NCBI RefSeq assembly: GCF_902652985.1
Contig: NC_047023.1
Span: 22,940,001 to 23,004,000, forward strand
DNA length: 64,000 bases
Direction of reading: 5' to 3'
Source: Pecten maximus
Taxonomy: Eukaryota
Part shown: one piece after another, positions 13,033 through 25,919 of the stretch
Layout: each line of letters begins with the position of its first letter
Position numbering within the stretch: position 1 is the stretch's first letter
Made by a program: the position numbers and the translations under genes
The notes under the pieces: model-generated
The model's input: only the letters and a program-made list of their open reading frames with translations
What the model was told of the DNA's origin: nothing
Database searches by the model: none

Positions 13033-15180
13033 CTATTCATCCTTCTCAGCTCTGGAGGTTGGTGGTCCAAACATTTGGACAAGCTTGTTACAGACCTTGA
13101 TGTTTCTATCAGTTATTGCAATATAGTATCCAAAGCGTTTTAAAGCCTTGGATCCTATTAGAGTGTCATTGTTCATAGGTGTCGCGTGATCGAAATCGAG
13201 AAGTACCATGTTGCGTCGGCCGTCCTCAGTGAAGTAGGAGAATGCACATTTGTATTCGATTACTGTAAATACATTAAGCCGACTGTGCTCTGATAGGACA
13301 ACAAGAATCGAGCGGGAGTGATAGGTGTGGAGTTTCAGTTCGCTTTCCTTTACCTTTCCTACATCAGTATCCAAGCATGGTGTGTAGACTTCATATCCCT
13401 TTTCTAAAAGAAATGGACGCAGAATTGTTAATACAAAAAATCGAACATCATCATTTTCATCGTCGAAGGAGAGATATATGTCATGCATCCATGATCTGTG
13501 CTGCTTCTTAATGCGCAGTCTTCTGGTGAAAAGAAGTATCTCGAATTTAAAGTAAATGACTACCAGTATCGCCGTTACAACAAGCATAAACACTCCAAAT
13601 CCAGAAGCCATTATACTGATAAGCTTTATATTAGTAGTTTTTGTACAATGTAAGAAATCGTCTGTGACTTCCTGTGCTTCCATTACAACTTTATTCGTGG
13701 AGCACCACAATGGATTACCTGAAAAATTGTCTCCTTTAATTCTCTTCCACTCTCCTATCCAAGTATTATCACAGTCACAAGGAATAGGAGCTTTCCCAAA
13801 TTCAAATTGGTCAGGATCTAGAAGTCTTATTGTTTCAGGAAGACTTTGAAGTTTGTGACCTTTCATAATCACATGTGCTGCTGTTCCAAGCGAATGCACG
13901 GCAGCTTTTGTTAATGTTGCAACGGGATTGTCGCTTAAGTCCAGGAAAGATACATGTTTCAGATAATCTCTGTTCTCGAGGTGAGAAATGTTGTTATTAG
14001 CTAGGTGCAATTGTATAGGATAAATGCTCTCAGGCATCCGCTTTGGGAGAGAGTGCAGACTAGAATTTTGACAGTCAACATTAAGGCGATAACTCGACGG
14101 TTGGTCTACACATGTACAACCTTTTGGACAATCCACTTTAACATCACATTGGAAGAGATGAAGTAAGCTTCTGTTATGCATAATACTATAGAAACTGTAG
14201 TTTGTCATTTTAGGTGGGGCTTCACAGAAAACATCTGTGATATTTTTCATCACGAAGAAACGCTTTTCGAAATCACTTATTACCTTATAAAGTGTAAAAA
14301 ATAAACCCATATGACAATCACAAACTATTGGTGTTTCATCCATAACACATTTTCCATGTACCATCACTTTGGAGAGTAAAGAGTAATCTTCTGGGTTATG
14401 TGCCAATAACACATTAAACGGGTTGTCTACAAGCTTATTGTAGGATAGCCGAACTGTTCCGCTCCCGTAAGTTTTATTAGGGTTCAGTCGATAGTTCTTG
14501 ATGTTAGTGAATTTTCCAAAAATGCTATGGTTAAAGTTTAACTCACAGAACAATGGGTTTTCTTCCATTATATTTGTAACGTCCATAGTTTGAAATATAT
14601 TTTCGGAAAAGTCCATGTGATAGATATGAGTCTTCGCTAGATTAAAAACATTCGGATCCATTCCTTTGATCAAGTTGTGAGAAAAATCCACAACTCGTAG
14701 ATTTATCAAGTTGATGAAAGTCGTATTTGAAATGTATCTCAGCTTATTTCCTTTCAACTTTAACGAATCGAGATGAACCAGACATGATATATTTGACATT
14801 TGTTCTATTCGGTTTTCCGTGAAGTCAATGGTCACCAAATGTGGAAAATCGCAAATATTTACCGGAAAGCGTTTCAAGCGTCCGGATATGTGTACAACAG
14901 AATCCACTGACTGTGGTGTTCTGTCTGTAACGTTAATCAGTCCTGCAGCCCATCGTACAGACACGTACTCGACGAACACATTTCTAATTGGGACGGACCG
15001 GTTTAAAATCCATGTTGGTTGGGAATCGCATGCGCAGCAACGATCAATGTAATGGTTACTTTGACACGACGAAGGACACATTAGATTGTCTTTACGTGGT
15101 CCATTACTAGGATGAAAAGGCAGAAATTGACCTTTGGTTATTTGTACTATAAGGGCAACCACCACTATAGCAAGCTCCAT
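13033..15180 (-). CDS. Toll-like receptor, protostome multi-cysteine-cluster type, 715 aa, intronless CDS (copy A)
   Basis: Signal peptide MELAIVVVALIVQITKG; LRRs (LDSLKLKGNKL, LRVVDFSHNLI); LRRCT (PIVCDC...FCEAP); internal LRRNT (CPKGCTC); second LRRCT (PIPCDC...WC); TM helix; TIR (HDIYLSF...SRSILVVLS...IEY). The start is placed at the ATG shared with copy B. Confidence 0.95.
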   Translation of the reverse strand: MELAIVVVALIVQITKGQFLPFHPSNGPRKDNLMCPSSCQSNHYIDRCCACDSQPTWILNRSVPIRNVFVEYVSVRWAAGLINVTDRTPQSVDSVVHISGRLKRFPVNICDFPHLVTIDFTENRIEQMSNISCLVHLDSLKLKGNKLRYISNTTFINLINLRVVDFSHNLIKGMDPNVFNLAKTHIYHMDFSENIFQTMDVTNIMEENPLFCELNFNHSIFGKFTNIKNYRLNPNKTYGSGTVRLSYNKLVDNPFNVLLAHNPEDYSLLSKVMVHGKCVMDETPIVCDCHMGLFFTLYKVISDFEKRFFVMKNITDVFCEAPPKMTNYSFYSIMHNRSLLHLFQCDVKVDCPKGCTCVDQPSSYRLNVDCQNSSLHSLPKRMPESIYPIQLHLANNNISHLENRDYLKHVSFLDLSDNPVATLTKAAVHSLGTAAHVIMKGHKLQSLPETIRLLDPDQFEFGKAPIPCDCDNTWIGEWKRIKGDNFSGNPLWCSTNKVVMEAQEVTDDFLHCTKTTNIKLISIMASGFGVFMLVVTAILVVIYFKFEILLFTRRLRIKKQHRSWMHDIYLSFDDENDDVRFFVLTILRPFLLEKGYEVYTPCLDTDVGKVKESELKLHTYHSRSILVVLSEHSRLNVFTVIEYKCAFSYFTEDGRRNMVLLDFDHATPMNNDTLIGSKALKRFGYYIAITDRNIKVCNKLVQMFGPPTSRAEKDE

Positions 15181-16759
15181 TTGAAAAACTACAGTCACGT
15201 TTAAATATTTCCGTTGCTCCTCAAAGGAATAGTCTTTAAAACTCACACTGCCTTCAACAACTGTATGTTCTCAATAAATGGAAACCTTTATCGCTACCAC
15301 TTGAACTAATCTTAAAGTAAAGAGTCCACATTTTGTATATTAACTGAAAAATGTCCTTCCTGTGGATTTTTTTTATCTGTTGAGCAGAGCACTTGCACTC
15401 TGTGCATCTTACATTTGTTTTCAATCAGAATTTTAACAAGAAGGAAGTCTGTAAAGATGCCCTTTAATAGGTATGTGATCGCTATTCTTTCTTCCTTATT
15501 GATTCAAATGTTTGCTGAGAAATAATTTTGTCAGGTTTGAGTAAGAAGGATCTTTGATTCTTAGTTCTAGCTTGATACAAAAATATGTTAGAATTTGTTC
15601 CGCGTATGAAAGACGTATATGAGAATAGTTCAATATGTACATTCTTCTGTTGTGTTGATTTTCCTAAGCTTGTGCACGCTTGTAAAGCAGACGTATACCT
15701 CCCCAGGTAAAACACAGAAAGGCTTGAACACTTGCATAATAGTTGATATCAGACATTGTTTATCCAGAGTATCAATACATGTATATGTAAGATAATTAGG
15801 TCAAAGAAAGGTAAGATAATTATGTCAAATAAAGGTAAGATAACTAAATTATATCAAGGTCAGATAATTAAGTAAAATAAGGGTCATATTATAAAGACAG
15901 GTTAAGAAACATTGAAACCAAAAAGTCAATTTTTTGTATTCATATCTTTACGCTTCGTTAAAATATCAGTAAAGAATACTAGTAAATTGCCGTATTAACA
16001 CACATGCTAATACTGAAATCTTTTCGTTGATTATCAACACAAATGGACTTCAATAGAAGTGGTTTGCATAAAAGCAGTTTGATAGTAGTGTAAGATACGA
16101 GGTTAATGTTTTTATCTGGTTAATAAAACTACAAAATGTATGTATATACCGAAATCAAGACTAAATCAGTTTAATCATAGAATGGTTGTCAAAAATATTG
16201 GTGAATGCAAGAAAATGTCAAATGAAAGATATTTCAACCTGAAGATAATCACTTAAAAAGATAGCTACAAATAAAAAAATGCAAGTTTAAAACACTTCAC
16301 ACTCCATATAATATACATTTTATGTATTAATTTTTAGATTACATAATCCTTACGTCTCTGGAAGTGTCTCCGTTATAAATAAACACAAGACATTAGACAT
16401 TGTTTGACAATGCTAAGGGGAAGTAATTGACAACATATAATCTATATATATATATTTTAAGAAGCATCCAGTCAATTAGCTGTTTTGGTTAACACGTTTA
16501 GTACGTAAGGTCGATATTGTTTTTGACACGGAGTCATATGACCTTACTTCAGCCGACCCAAATTTGTGAAAAATGTCATTTTATAATCATAAATATCATT
16601 CTAAACACTTACTATTTCATCAGCCACAAAGCAACCACGTGTTGTAATACAATCTGATGCACATTTATTATCATCACATAACAATGTCTTCATAATACTA
16701 TTGATGTTAAGGAGGTCAGTATTTAGCTACGAAATAAGTTTTTGACACTGATCAAAACA

Positions 16760-18907
16760 CTATTCATCCTTCTCAGCTCTGGAGGTTGGTGGTCCAAACA
16801 TTTGGACAAGCTTGTTACAGACCTTGATGTTTCTATCAGTTATTGCAATATAGTATCCAAAGCGTTTCAAAGCCTTGGATCCTATCAGAGTGCCATTGTT
16901 CACAGGTGTCGCGTGATCGAAATCGAGAAGTATCATGTTGCGTCTGCCGTCCATAGTGAAGTAGGAGAATGCACATTTGTATTCGATTACTGTAAATACA
17001 TTAAGTCGACTGTGTTCTGATAGGACTACAAGAACCGAGCGGGAGTGATAGGTGTGGAATTTCAGTTCGCTTTCCTTTACCTTTCCTACATCAGTATCCA
17101 AGCATGGTGTGTAGACTTCATATCCCTTTTCTAAAAGAAATGGACGCAGAATAGTTAATACAAAAAATCGAACATCATCATTTTCATCGTCGAAGGAGAG
17201 ATATATGTCATGCATCCATGATCTGTGCTGCTTCTTAATGCGCAGTCTTCTGGTGAAAAGAAGTATCTCGAATTTAAAGTAAATAGCTGCCAGTATCGCC
17301 GTTACAACAAGCATAAACACTCCAAATACAGAATCCATTATGCTGATAAGCCGTGTATAAGTAGTTTTTGTACAGTGTAAGAATTCGTCTGTGACTTCCT
17401 GTGCTTCCATTACAACTTTATTCGTGGAGCACCACAATGGATTACCTGATAAATTGTCTCCTTTAATTCTCTTCCACTCTCCTATCCAAGTATTATCACA
17501 GTCACAAGGAATAGGAGCTTTCCCAAACTCAAACTGATCAGGATCTAGAAGTCTTATTGTTTCAGGAAGACCTTGAAGTTTGTGACCTTTCAGACTCACA
17601 TGTGTTGCTGTTCCAAGCGAATGCACGGCAGCTTTTGTTAATGTTGTGACGGGGTTGTCGCTTAAGTCTAGAACTGATACACGTTTTAGATATCCTCTGT
17701 TCTCGAGGAGTGAAATGTTGTTATTAGCTAGGTGTAACTGTATTTGATGAATACTCTCAGGCATCCGCTTTGGGAGAGAATGCAGACTAGAATTTTGACA
17801 GTCAACATTAAGGCGATAACTCGACGGTTGGTCTACACAAGTACAACTTTTTGGACAATCCACTTTAACATCACACTCGAAAAGATGAAGTAAGCTTCTG
17901 TTATGAATAATACTAGAGATACTGTAGTTTGTCATTTTGGGTGGGGCTTCACAGAAAACATCTTTGATACTTTCCATCACGAAGAAACGCTTTTCGAAAT
18001 CACTAATTACATTATAACGTGTCAGCATTAAACCTACATGACAATCACACACTATTGGCGTTTTATCCATAACAAATCTTCCATGTACAATTACTTTGGA
18101 GATTAAAGAGTAATCTTCTGGGTGGTGTGCCAATAACACATTGTACGGGTGGTCTATAAACTTATTGTAGGATAGCCGAACTGTTCCACTCCCGTAAGTT
18201 GTATTAGGGTTCAGTCGATAATTCTTAACGTTTGTGAATTCCCCAAAAATGCTATGGTTAAAGTTTAACTCACAGAACAACGGTTTTTCTTCCATTATAT
18301 TTGTAACGTCCATTGTTTGAAATATATTTTCGGAAAAGTCCATGTGGTAGATATGAGTCTTCGCCAGATTAAAAACATTCGGATCCATTCCTTTGATCAG
18401 GTTGTGAGAAAAATCCACAGCTCGTAGATTTATCAAGTTGATGAAAGTCGTATTTGAAATGTATCTCAGCTTATTTCCTTTCAACTTTAACGAATCGAGA
18501 TGAACCAGACATGATATATTTGACATTTGTTCTATTCGGTTTTCCGTGAAGTCAATGGTCACCAAATGTGGAAAATCGCAAATATTTACCGGAAAGCGTT
18601 TCAAGCGTCCGGATATGTGTACAACAGAATCCACTGACTGTGGTGTTCTGTCTGTAACGTTAATCAGTCCTGCAGCCCATCGTACAGACACGTACTCGAC
18701 GAACACATTTCTAATTGGGACGGACCGGTTTAAAATCCATGTTGGTTGGGAATTGCATGCGCAACAGCGATCAATATAATGGTTACTTTGACACGATGAA
18801 GGACACATGATATTTTCTTTACGTTGTCCATCGCTAGGATGAAAAGGTAGGAATTGACCACTAGTCATTTGCACTATAAGGACAACCACCACTATAGCAA
18901 GCTCCAT
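16760..18907 (-). CDS. Toll-like receptor, 715 aa, intronless CDS (copy B, tandem paralogue)
   Basis: Colinear with copy A, same length (2148 nt), offset 3727 bp, same domain architecture. Confidence 0.95.
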   Translation of the reverse strand: MELAIVVVVLIVQMTSGQFLPFHPSDGQRKENIMCPSSCQSNHYIDRCCACNSQPTWILNRSVPIRNVFVEYVSVRWAAGLINVTDRTPQSVDSVVHISGRLKRFPVNICDFPHLVTIDFTENRIEQMSNISCLVHLDSLKLKGNKLRYISNTTFINLINLRAVDFSHNLIKGMDPNVFNLAKTHIYHMDFSENIFQTMDVTNIMEEKPLFCELNFNHSIFGEFTNVKNYRLNPNTTYGSGTVRLSYNKFIDHPYNVLLAHHPEDYSLISKVIVHGRFVMDKTPIVCDCHVGLMLTRYNVISDFEKRFFVMESIKDVFCEAPPKMTNYSISSIIHNRSLLHLFECDVKVDCPKSCTCVDQPSSYRLNVDCQNSSLHSLPKRMPESIHQIQLHLANNNISLLENRGYLKRVSVLDLSDNPVTTLTKAAVHSLGTATHVSLKGHKLQGLPETIRLLDPDQFEFGKAPIPCDCDNTWIGEWKRIKGDNLSGNPLWCSTNKVVMEAQEVTDEFLHCTKTTYTRLISIMDSVFGVFMLVVTAILAAIYFKFEILLFTRRLRIKKQHRSWMHDIYLSFDDENDDVRFFVLTILRPFLLEKGYEVYTPCLDTDVGKVKESELKFHTYHSRSVLVVLSEHSRLNVFTVIEYKCAFSYFTMDGRRNMILLDFDHATPVNNGTLIGSKALKRFGYYIAITDRNIKVCNKLVQMFGPPTSRAEKDE

Positions 18908-19619
18908 TTAGAAAATTGCAGTTATGTTCCAACATTTCCTTCTGTCATCAGATGAATAGCTATATAAGTCACGCTGCCTTCAACAACTGTATGTTCTCAA
19001 TCATTGAAAGCTGTTATCAGCATCACTTGATGTTACCTGATAGAGCATAACAGTTTTTATACATCAACCGAAAAATGCACCTCCTGCTAAATTATTTTAT
19101 CTGTTTAGCAAGCACTTAAACTCTCTACATCTTACATCATGAATGAAATTTGTAAACGCGCCCTTTCCTTATAGATTAAAATATTTGCTTAGGTTTGAGT
19201 GAGAAGGACCTTTGTTTCTTGGTTTTAGTTGGATAAAATAGGATAAATTGTATTTGTTTTGTGTAAGAAAGACGTGTATGAGAAAAGTTCAATATGTACG
19301 TAATCTTATACACGCTTGTAAAGCAGACATATACCTCCTCAGGATATGACCTACATATATGACGTTGCAAACAAAAATGAAAAGATATAAGATGACAGGT
19401 TAAAATAAACCCAAGGAAAAAAACTAGTCGGCTCCAGTTTTTCACGAAACACACAGGAGATTAATTGTTGTGTAAAATTGCAGAATTGATGTCTAAGCTG
19501 TGGAGATAGAAAAACAAAAGTCGTAAGAGAACTCTTGGGTTTTTTTATGACAACACATGGCTTCCTTTTTTTCCTTGAGTCCTTAAAATTGGAATATGAA
19601 AGTTTGTCTGGAATGACCA

Positions 19620-19770
19620 AATTTCTGGTCCGAATTTTTTACTTATTGAGTTTAGTGACAATATTTTCCAACAATCTGTTGGCATACTAATGGGAACAAA
19701 CGTTTGGGCGACTTGTTCTTGTAAAGTCCTTTCATTTTACTTTTAAATACATTAACGTGTTGACTTTGAT
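19620..19770 (+). mobile_element. Degraded Penelope-like RT core fragment
   Basis: Reads IEFSDNIFQQSVGILMGTN...LGDLFL*...FHFTFKYI, matching the PLE RT pattern QQxxGIPMGTNCAPLLADLFLY...FxFTFRYIDD, with deletions. Confidence 0.7.
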
Positions 19771-21739
19771 ATCTATGCATAAAAACACCATGAATGGCAC
19801 TAAAGACTTTTCCAAATTCAGCCACTAACCTAGTGCTTTAATTACAGCGTAACCAACCAGTAAAACTAAACTATATCATGATACTGTCAATTTCACTACA
19901 GCACAATTATCATTCTAGATAGAGACATTTCTGACTCTCAAACTATTTCGATAAAGTTTGATAGGGATTGAAAGGCGGGTACCAATATCGCAGTTTCCGT
20001 GAAAGATGTCGACTTACAACGCAGGGTTTGGATTCATTAAATATACAAACATACAAGTCAATTAAATAATAATTACATTAACTTTTATCACATCAAACAA
20101 AATAATAAAGCTTTATTTGATTTAAATAGGACTTGTCAAATATTGATTTCGGATAAACGTCCAAAACTCATTTGTGGAAGTTGCGGCTGTGACCTTCACT
20201 AGAACATTTACCTTCTGAAATTGGTGAACGGACACACGTTGACCTTGAGGTCATTCACCCCGGCTAAGCGATTTAATTAATTTCGTCACAGTTGTTTTGT
20301 GTTGAGAACAGAAGATTGATTGCAGTAATTAAACAGCCATTGTCGTCAGTATATAGATAAGGTGTATGATGGTGGGTTGTTATCCTCAAGAACCGACCGT
20401 TTGTTACAGTGCATATTGATAGGATATATCTTAGATATTGTAAGGTATTTTTCCAAATCTCATTATGGATCTTGGCTCCTGTATACTCACCGCTAATGGT
20501 GATTAATTTCACCTGAATTTGGATATCCAGGTACTCACTCAACCTAACTATACAAATGTTGTTAATGTGTTTTAACGTTATCATGCTAGACTTTACAAAT
20601 ATGATTGATACATAATTGTTGTATGAAAAAATCAAAACAGAAATATGAAATAAATCAATTTTGTTAAAGGGACTGATTTCGATCCTGATCTTGGTAAAAT
20701 TACTCTAGTTGGTTTATACTTTTATATATAGTAATATAACAGTTAAAGATACATGGGTGAGCCAAAGTCTGAAATAAAACAGTTCCTATGGAAGAATATA
20801 TCTCTTATTGTCATTTTTGCATTGATGTGATTTTTACCACTTAACAGTGACGTAGTACTGCTTGTGACGTCACAGTGATAAGATTGTATCATTTGCAGCA
20901 AATACCAGCGTGTTTTATATAACTTCACAAACAATTGCAACGTTTGATATTTTAACAAATGATGTCAAAATGAGTTCATTGTTTTATTAAACCAATCAAA
21001 ACGTATTACAAGTCCCTGGTAGGATAGGTAGGGCGTACGAATTTACAAGATGCCATGATTTCAATATTCGGAAGGAGCGAGAAATCATGTAATTCTTGAT
21101 GACCCATTCTGAATAAATTGTCTCCTTCGACCCTACTTCACATTTGGTGTTTGGCGTTGACTCTGTGAGGAATGATATTGGTTTTTTTCCCAGGTCGTTA
21201 CATTCCAAAATCATTGAAAATGCTATTTTCTGTTCCCAGCTAGATGTTCAGCCATGACAGGATTGTTCAAGGAAATGTAAGTGACCAAATTCTGTGTCGT
21301 CATAATTGACGAGGAAAGATGTCACATCACTGTGTCTGCGGCATTACAAATAAGTGACACTAGCCAGTTACCGTTAAGGTGGCTCTGTTAAGACGGCTAT
21401 CCCAAATCACCTTTTTGTGGTGTGGTAGAAGCCGGTCGCTCACAGAAAAAAATAGATTGATGACAAACATGATAATTGGTATGGTCAATATCCTGATCTT
21501 ATTGGTCAATTGTCCATTCACCTGTGTGATATGAAGTTTTTAGTGCTCGCTAATGTGTCTGTTGGTCCGATTTTCATCACTGCGGTTCTCTTCTTGAGAA
21601 CGTTACATTACAAATGTGCCTACAATGTGTATTTAACCAAGACTAGCATTGTATGTGTTTTCGATGAGGCAGTGGGCGTTTACCCACCTGGTTTAACTTT
21701 ATTTTTATTTTTAATTAATTTATTGTGGAAAACACGTAC

Positions 21740-21822
21740 ATGGTAGGGAAAGGGCTTGGAATAAGTTGTACAACTTGTGCCCAATCCCGTTGCTTAAAGG
21801 CAATAAAACATGTTTAAATCAA
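21740..21822 (+). mobile_element. CR1-like LINE 3' tail remnant
   Basis: ggaaagggcttggaataagttgtacaacttgtgcccaatcc...aataaaacatgtttaaatc resembles the terminus of the CR1 remnant at 28757-28828 and the sequence at 35555-35640. Confidence 0.55.
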
Positions 21823-24800
21823 AATGGTGTGCTGTAATGACATAATATGGACTGTCTACTGGGTTAACACCAAAACTGTTTGTTGACTACTAACACGGAA
21901 TAATATGTTTACGATAGTGTAAGTTCAAGAGTACGTGTAATCGCTATTAAGACCAGTCTGGGTACATTGACATTCATCATCGTCCAGTAGGTAACAGACT
22001 CGCTGGGTGTATTGACCTTTATCTCAGCCCGGTAAACACAGACACACAGAATATCAGTCGGTGGATAAAACAGTGTTATAAATCAGGTAGATCTGTATTA
22101 TGTACTGTAGTAAACAACTTATCTACCTCAAAAGGAAATCCAATAAAATATCAACAAGATAAAGTAAGTAAGTATTTATCAAGTGACATGTCGTACACCT
22201 TTAACTACCTCCTCACACATGGAAGTGTATTTATCATTTTGGAAACCTTTATTAGAACTAGATGACGCTGGTCTGAAAGCAAAGACAGAAATCTTGTAGA
22301 TGCGCAATGCTTATCTTAATAATGGCTAGGATTTCCAATTTTTCCTACTAATTGTTCCAAGTTTCGTCAGTTTCAAATCATGCTGTCACTGTACATAGCT
22401 GCTCTCACAAGAACATAAACTAACACATAAAATTAACATCCATCGTTTTGTTAAAGTTTCTTTCCACGGCATTTTTAAATTTTGGAATCAGGACTCGATC
22501 TAATGTTTTCGAGTGTTCCTTCACTGAAGAACTATAAACTGCATCATTGGTTGCCAGCGTATTATCAGTATTTGGTACACTATGTACAATATGTTTGTTT
22601 CATAAAATGATAACAATGTAATGCAATATACATTTATTATCTCAAATGATATTTAAAGAACATCACAGTAACACAGCGTCCTCTTTTCAGGTATGATATT
22701 TTTTTTATAATACATTACATACAAGCAAGGAATACTCCAAAAACGGCGTATTGAAGAAATATCATAAACTGTTAGAAAAAAACGGTTTAACAGTCGCAAT
22801 AAAGTATTAATCCAAAATTTATTGAGAGTGATTTGATATGTGCATCGTCATGTTTGCAAATCTATACTGACTGGTCTTGATATGTAACATTATCTAAATT
22901 ATCCCTTTCGTGGAAACATGTACCCAGACGAAGTAAGGGAAATCGGACATTCCTGGAGGTTATAAGACGTTCGATTGTTTCGTGTCATATACATGTAATA
23001 TTGTTGTTAGCGTGATTGATGATGGCGTTAATGCGTTTCCTCACAGCACGATAAATACTCTATTGGAGTGGATAGTTTTACAGAAAATGTCCGAGATAAT
23101 TTTGAAGTACTTAGTGATTAACAGCAGTTTACTTGGGTCTTTAAACCTCTCCTACTTATGACCAGGCAGTACCATCAGATAATTTATTTATCTCGAGTTG
23201 TAAAACATATATATAACAAACATTATTACTCGATCTCACATAATTTCATATCATATTTCATAGTGAAACGAGTGTCCAAGGAAAATTATCCTTTAGTGAG
23301 CATCTACCGACCCGAAATGAATATTGTCGAGTTAATAAAGTTCCAATGGGATGAAAGGGAAGAAAGTGTATAATTGCGTATTACACTTAACTAGTATCAT
23401 TCAAATATTCGTGAAAGAGACATTTTCTTAGGCCGATAATATTTTTAAATTGTCTTTCATACGCTGCATTTTAAAACCTGAATATCGGAAATAAGACGAA
23501 AATTATTTTAATTGTGCTTTGCTTTATTGTTTGTAACGATAACGTGACTCGGGTGATTTGACCTAACGCAGTGGTTTGTGATCGGTACTGGCTATTACAC
23601 AAAGTCACCGTAGTCAAAGCTATCATTACAACCTAAATATATACCCATTAACCCCGACGTAATGACCTTAGTAGACAAAGCATTAGTCTTACATATATAT
23701 ATGATACAGATATACAAAAATCTTTGATCTTTGATAGTGTCTGTTAAGGGAAAGACATTCCTTCATGAAACTTTTTTATTTGGAGGCATTTATCTGAAAT
23801 GTAGGCGTCTATTTATAATTTTGTTAAGTACGGACAAATTAAGAATGTAGACTTTCAGTTTGTGGTACAGTGTTTAATTGGAGTTTTCTGTATGCATGAT
23901 TAAGTTCGCTTTCAAATGATGATAAATTAATGAGACATTAGAACTCTAAAATGGTTGTCCATGAGATCATATCTCACTTAACTCACCAGGAATTCTATAA
24001 TTCAGTAAAAGGACTTGCCAACCTGACCGTAACTCGTATCCTACAACGCGAATCATAAAGAAACTATGAATGGGGTTGTTTGTTTACGGGATGACTAACA
24101 CATGTTTTGGTTAAACCTTGAAATACCTTTTTTAAGACATGGTACGCATTTCCCTTAAATCCTCGAGCTGAACTTTTATATCTATATATATTTATCAGGG
24201 GGACATGAGTACTTACGCTGAACCGATCGAGCTAAAGAGAAGTTCTATCTAGCCCAGCGTTACATTGCGGCTTGTATTCAGCAGGGTTACATTTCCAAAT
24301 ATAGAAGAAATAGAACATGTTTACAATGTCGAGAGACAACAATGGATGGTGATCTATTGTTCTGGATGATGTATTGTTTTAGATCGATCCACTGAAACGG
24401 AACAAATCAAGTCACCTTAATTAGGATATTTCGGCCATATCACATGACCTTCATCAGCTGAATGGTTGGTCAGTGAGCACTGTCAGGTGATACTGACATG
24501 AAAAATCACGTGACAGGGATGATATTTCACTCTTCGTTTTGTATTGTTATCCTCGGATGTTAAGATCCTGTTGTCGTTAACTTCGATAGTGCTCCCTGTA
24601 CTATTGCAATGTCCATATATAGATAGGCCCCTCTCAGCTAGATATATAAGTAAATATCTAAAACAAAAGACCAGAGACTCATTATCTAGAAAATACAGCG
24701 AAAACATACCATTATAAAATGCAACAAATTTGACATTCGAAAACAACAGATAATACCGACAAAATAACGATACCGGAATTCTAGATAAAACGAGGTCATG

Positions 24801-25919
24801 ATATGAACAAAGAATATAGATTTGTATGGAGGCCTTAAAAGTACCAGGAGGACACGATAGGGTAATCTGGATTTAGACTTCAGACAAAATTAAAACTTCC
24901 CCTTGTGTACATTACAACTAACTGTTACCATTATATGAACGTACTGTACCGTCGAATTTAAATCTTGCCATGAGCTTTCAAGAGTTATTCCCCTTGAAAC
25001 TGTTCGTGATGGTAGAATATATTTATTTAATTGGGGATGTTTTTGTACGCAGTAACCTGTCTCTTGATTCTGTTTCACATGTAGAAATAGGCTTCGTTTT
25101 AATTTCACCAATACATTGTATACGACGGTAAAGGTCAGGTTGATTCGACCTGCTTGAAAGTGTTTTGAGTTATGAAAAATAATGTTTGCAGAAGAAAAGG
25201 AAAACAGAAATACGAAAAGTAATTTCGAAGACAGACAACTGTGTCAAAACAAGGCGAATTCCATGTTAAATATATTCTGCGTTACACACAGGATTTTGAG
25301 AGGCATAGAGGTATCGATATCAGTGATATTTGTTTGCCTTATTGGTATGATTTCGCGGTGAGAAGGTGACGTCACATGCTCTATTTGCCTGGTGTTGCTG
25401 ATGATTTCCCCTTGTAAAAGTCTGGAATCGCTTCTGTCACCCCATCCCTCTTATACTCATATGAACGGGCCTTACACGATTGTTGTTATAGGTGTTTTAA
25501 TTTTGAACGTTTAAGGCTGGTTAATCAATATATAAAATGGGGTCAAATTGTGATTTGAAAAAGAACACGATGTTATCGTTTTTCCCTAATATATTTTTAA
25601 TGTGCACCTTTAAATTTCAAGTCAATATTATAAAACCAAACTTTCGTTCGGATGGTACAGTGCACTTGGTTACACACTTGCTTTTCATCTTGGTTGGTTT
25701 TCCCATGGTACACCAGTTTTCTCCAACGGAAAGATCCCTCGCGTGCGTCCATCCGGCCAACAATCGTGATTTATATAAACTGGTAAAGCTTACAAATCAC
25801 TCAGTGTAAAAGAATGTTTTGGTCTCGGAACTTCTCATCAGCACATTTAATTTTTCTTTTGATTATATATGGAATATGTGTTAATGCTTTCTTCTAGAGA
25901 AGCAAGGTTAAATCACATA

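Larger units (their letters stand above)
11330..19340. repeat. Tandem segmental duplication carrying the TLR (~11330-15700 vs ~15790-19340)
   Basis: Alignable non-coding flanks on both sides, e.g. 12430-12570 vs 16270-16410 and 15540-15700 vs 19190-19340. Boundaries are approximate. Confidence 0.85.

Noticed and set aside
15181-15246. 22-aa N-terminal extension of TLR copy A in the ORF track
   Set aside because: Starts at a non-ATG codon, is not conserved in copy B, and precedes the signal peptide.
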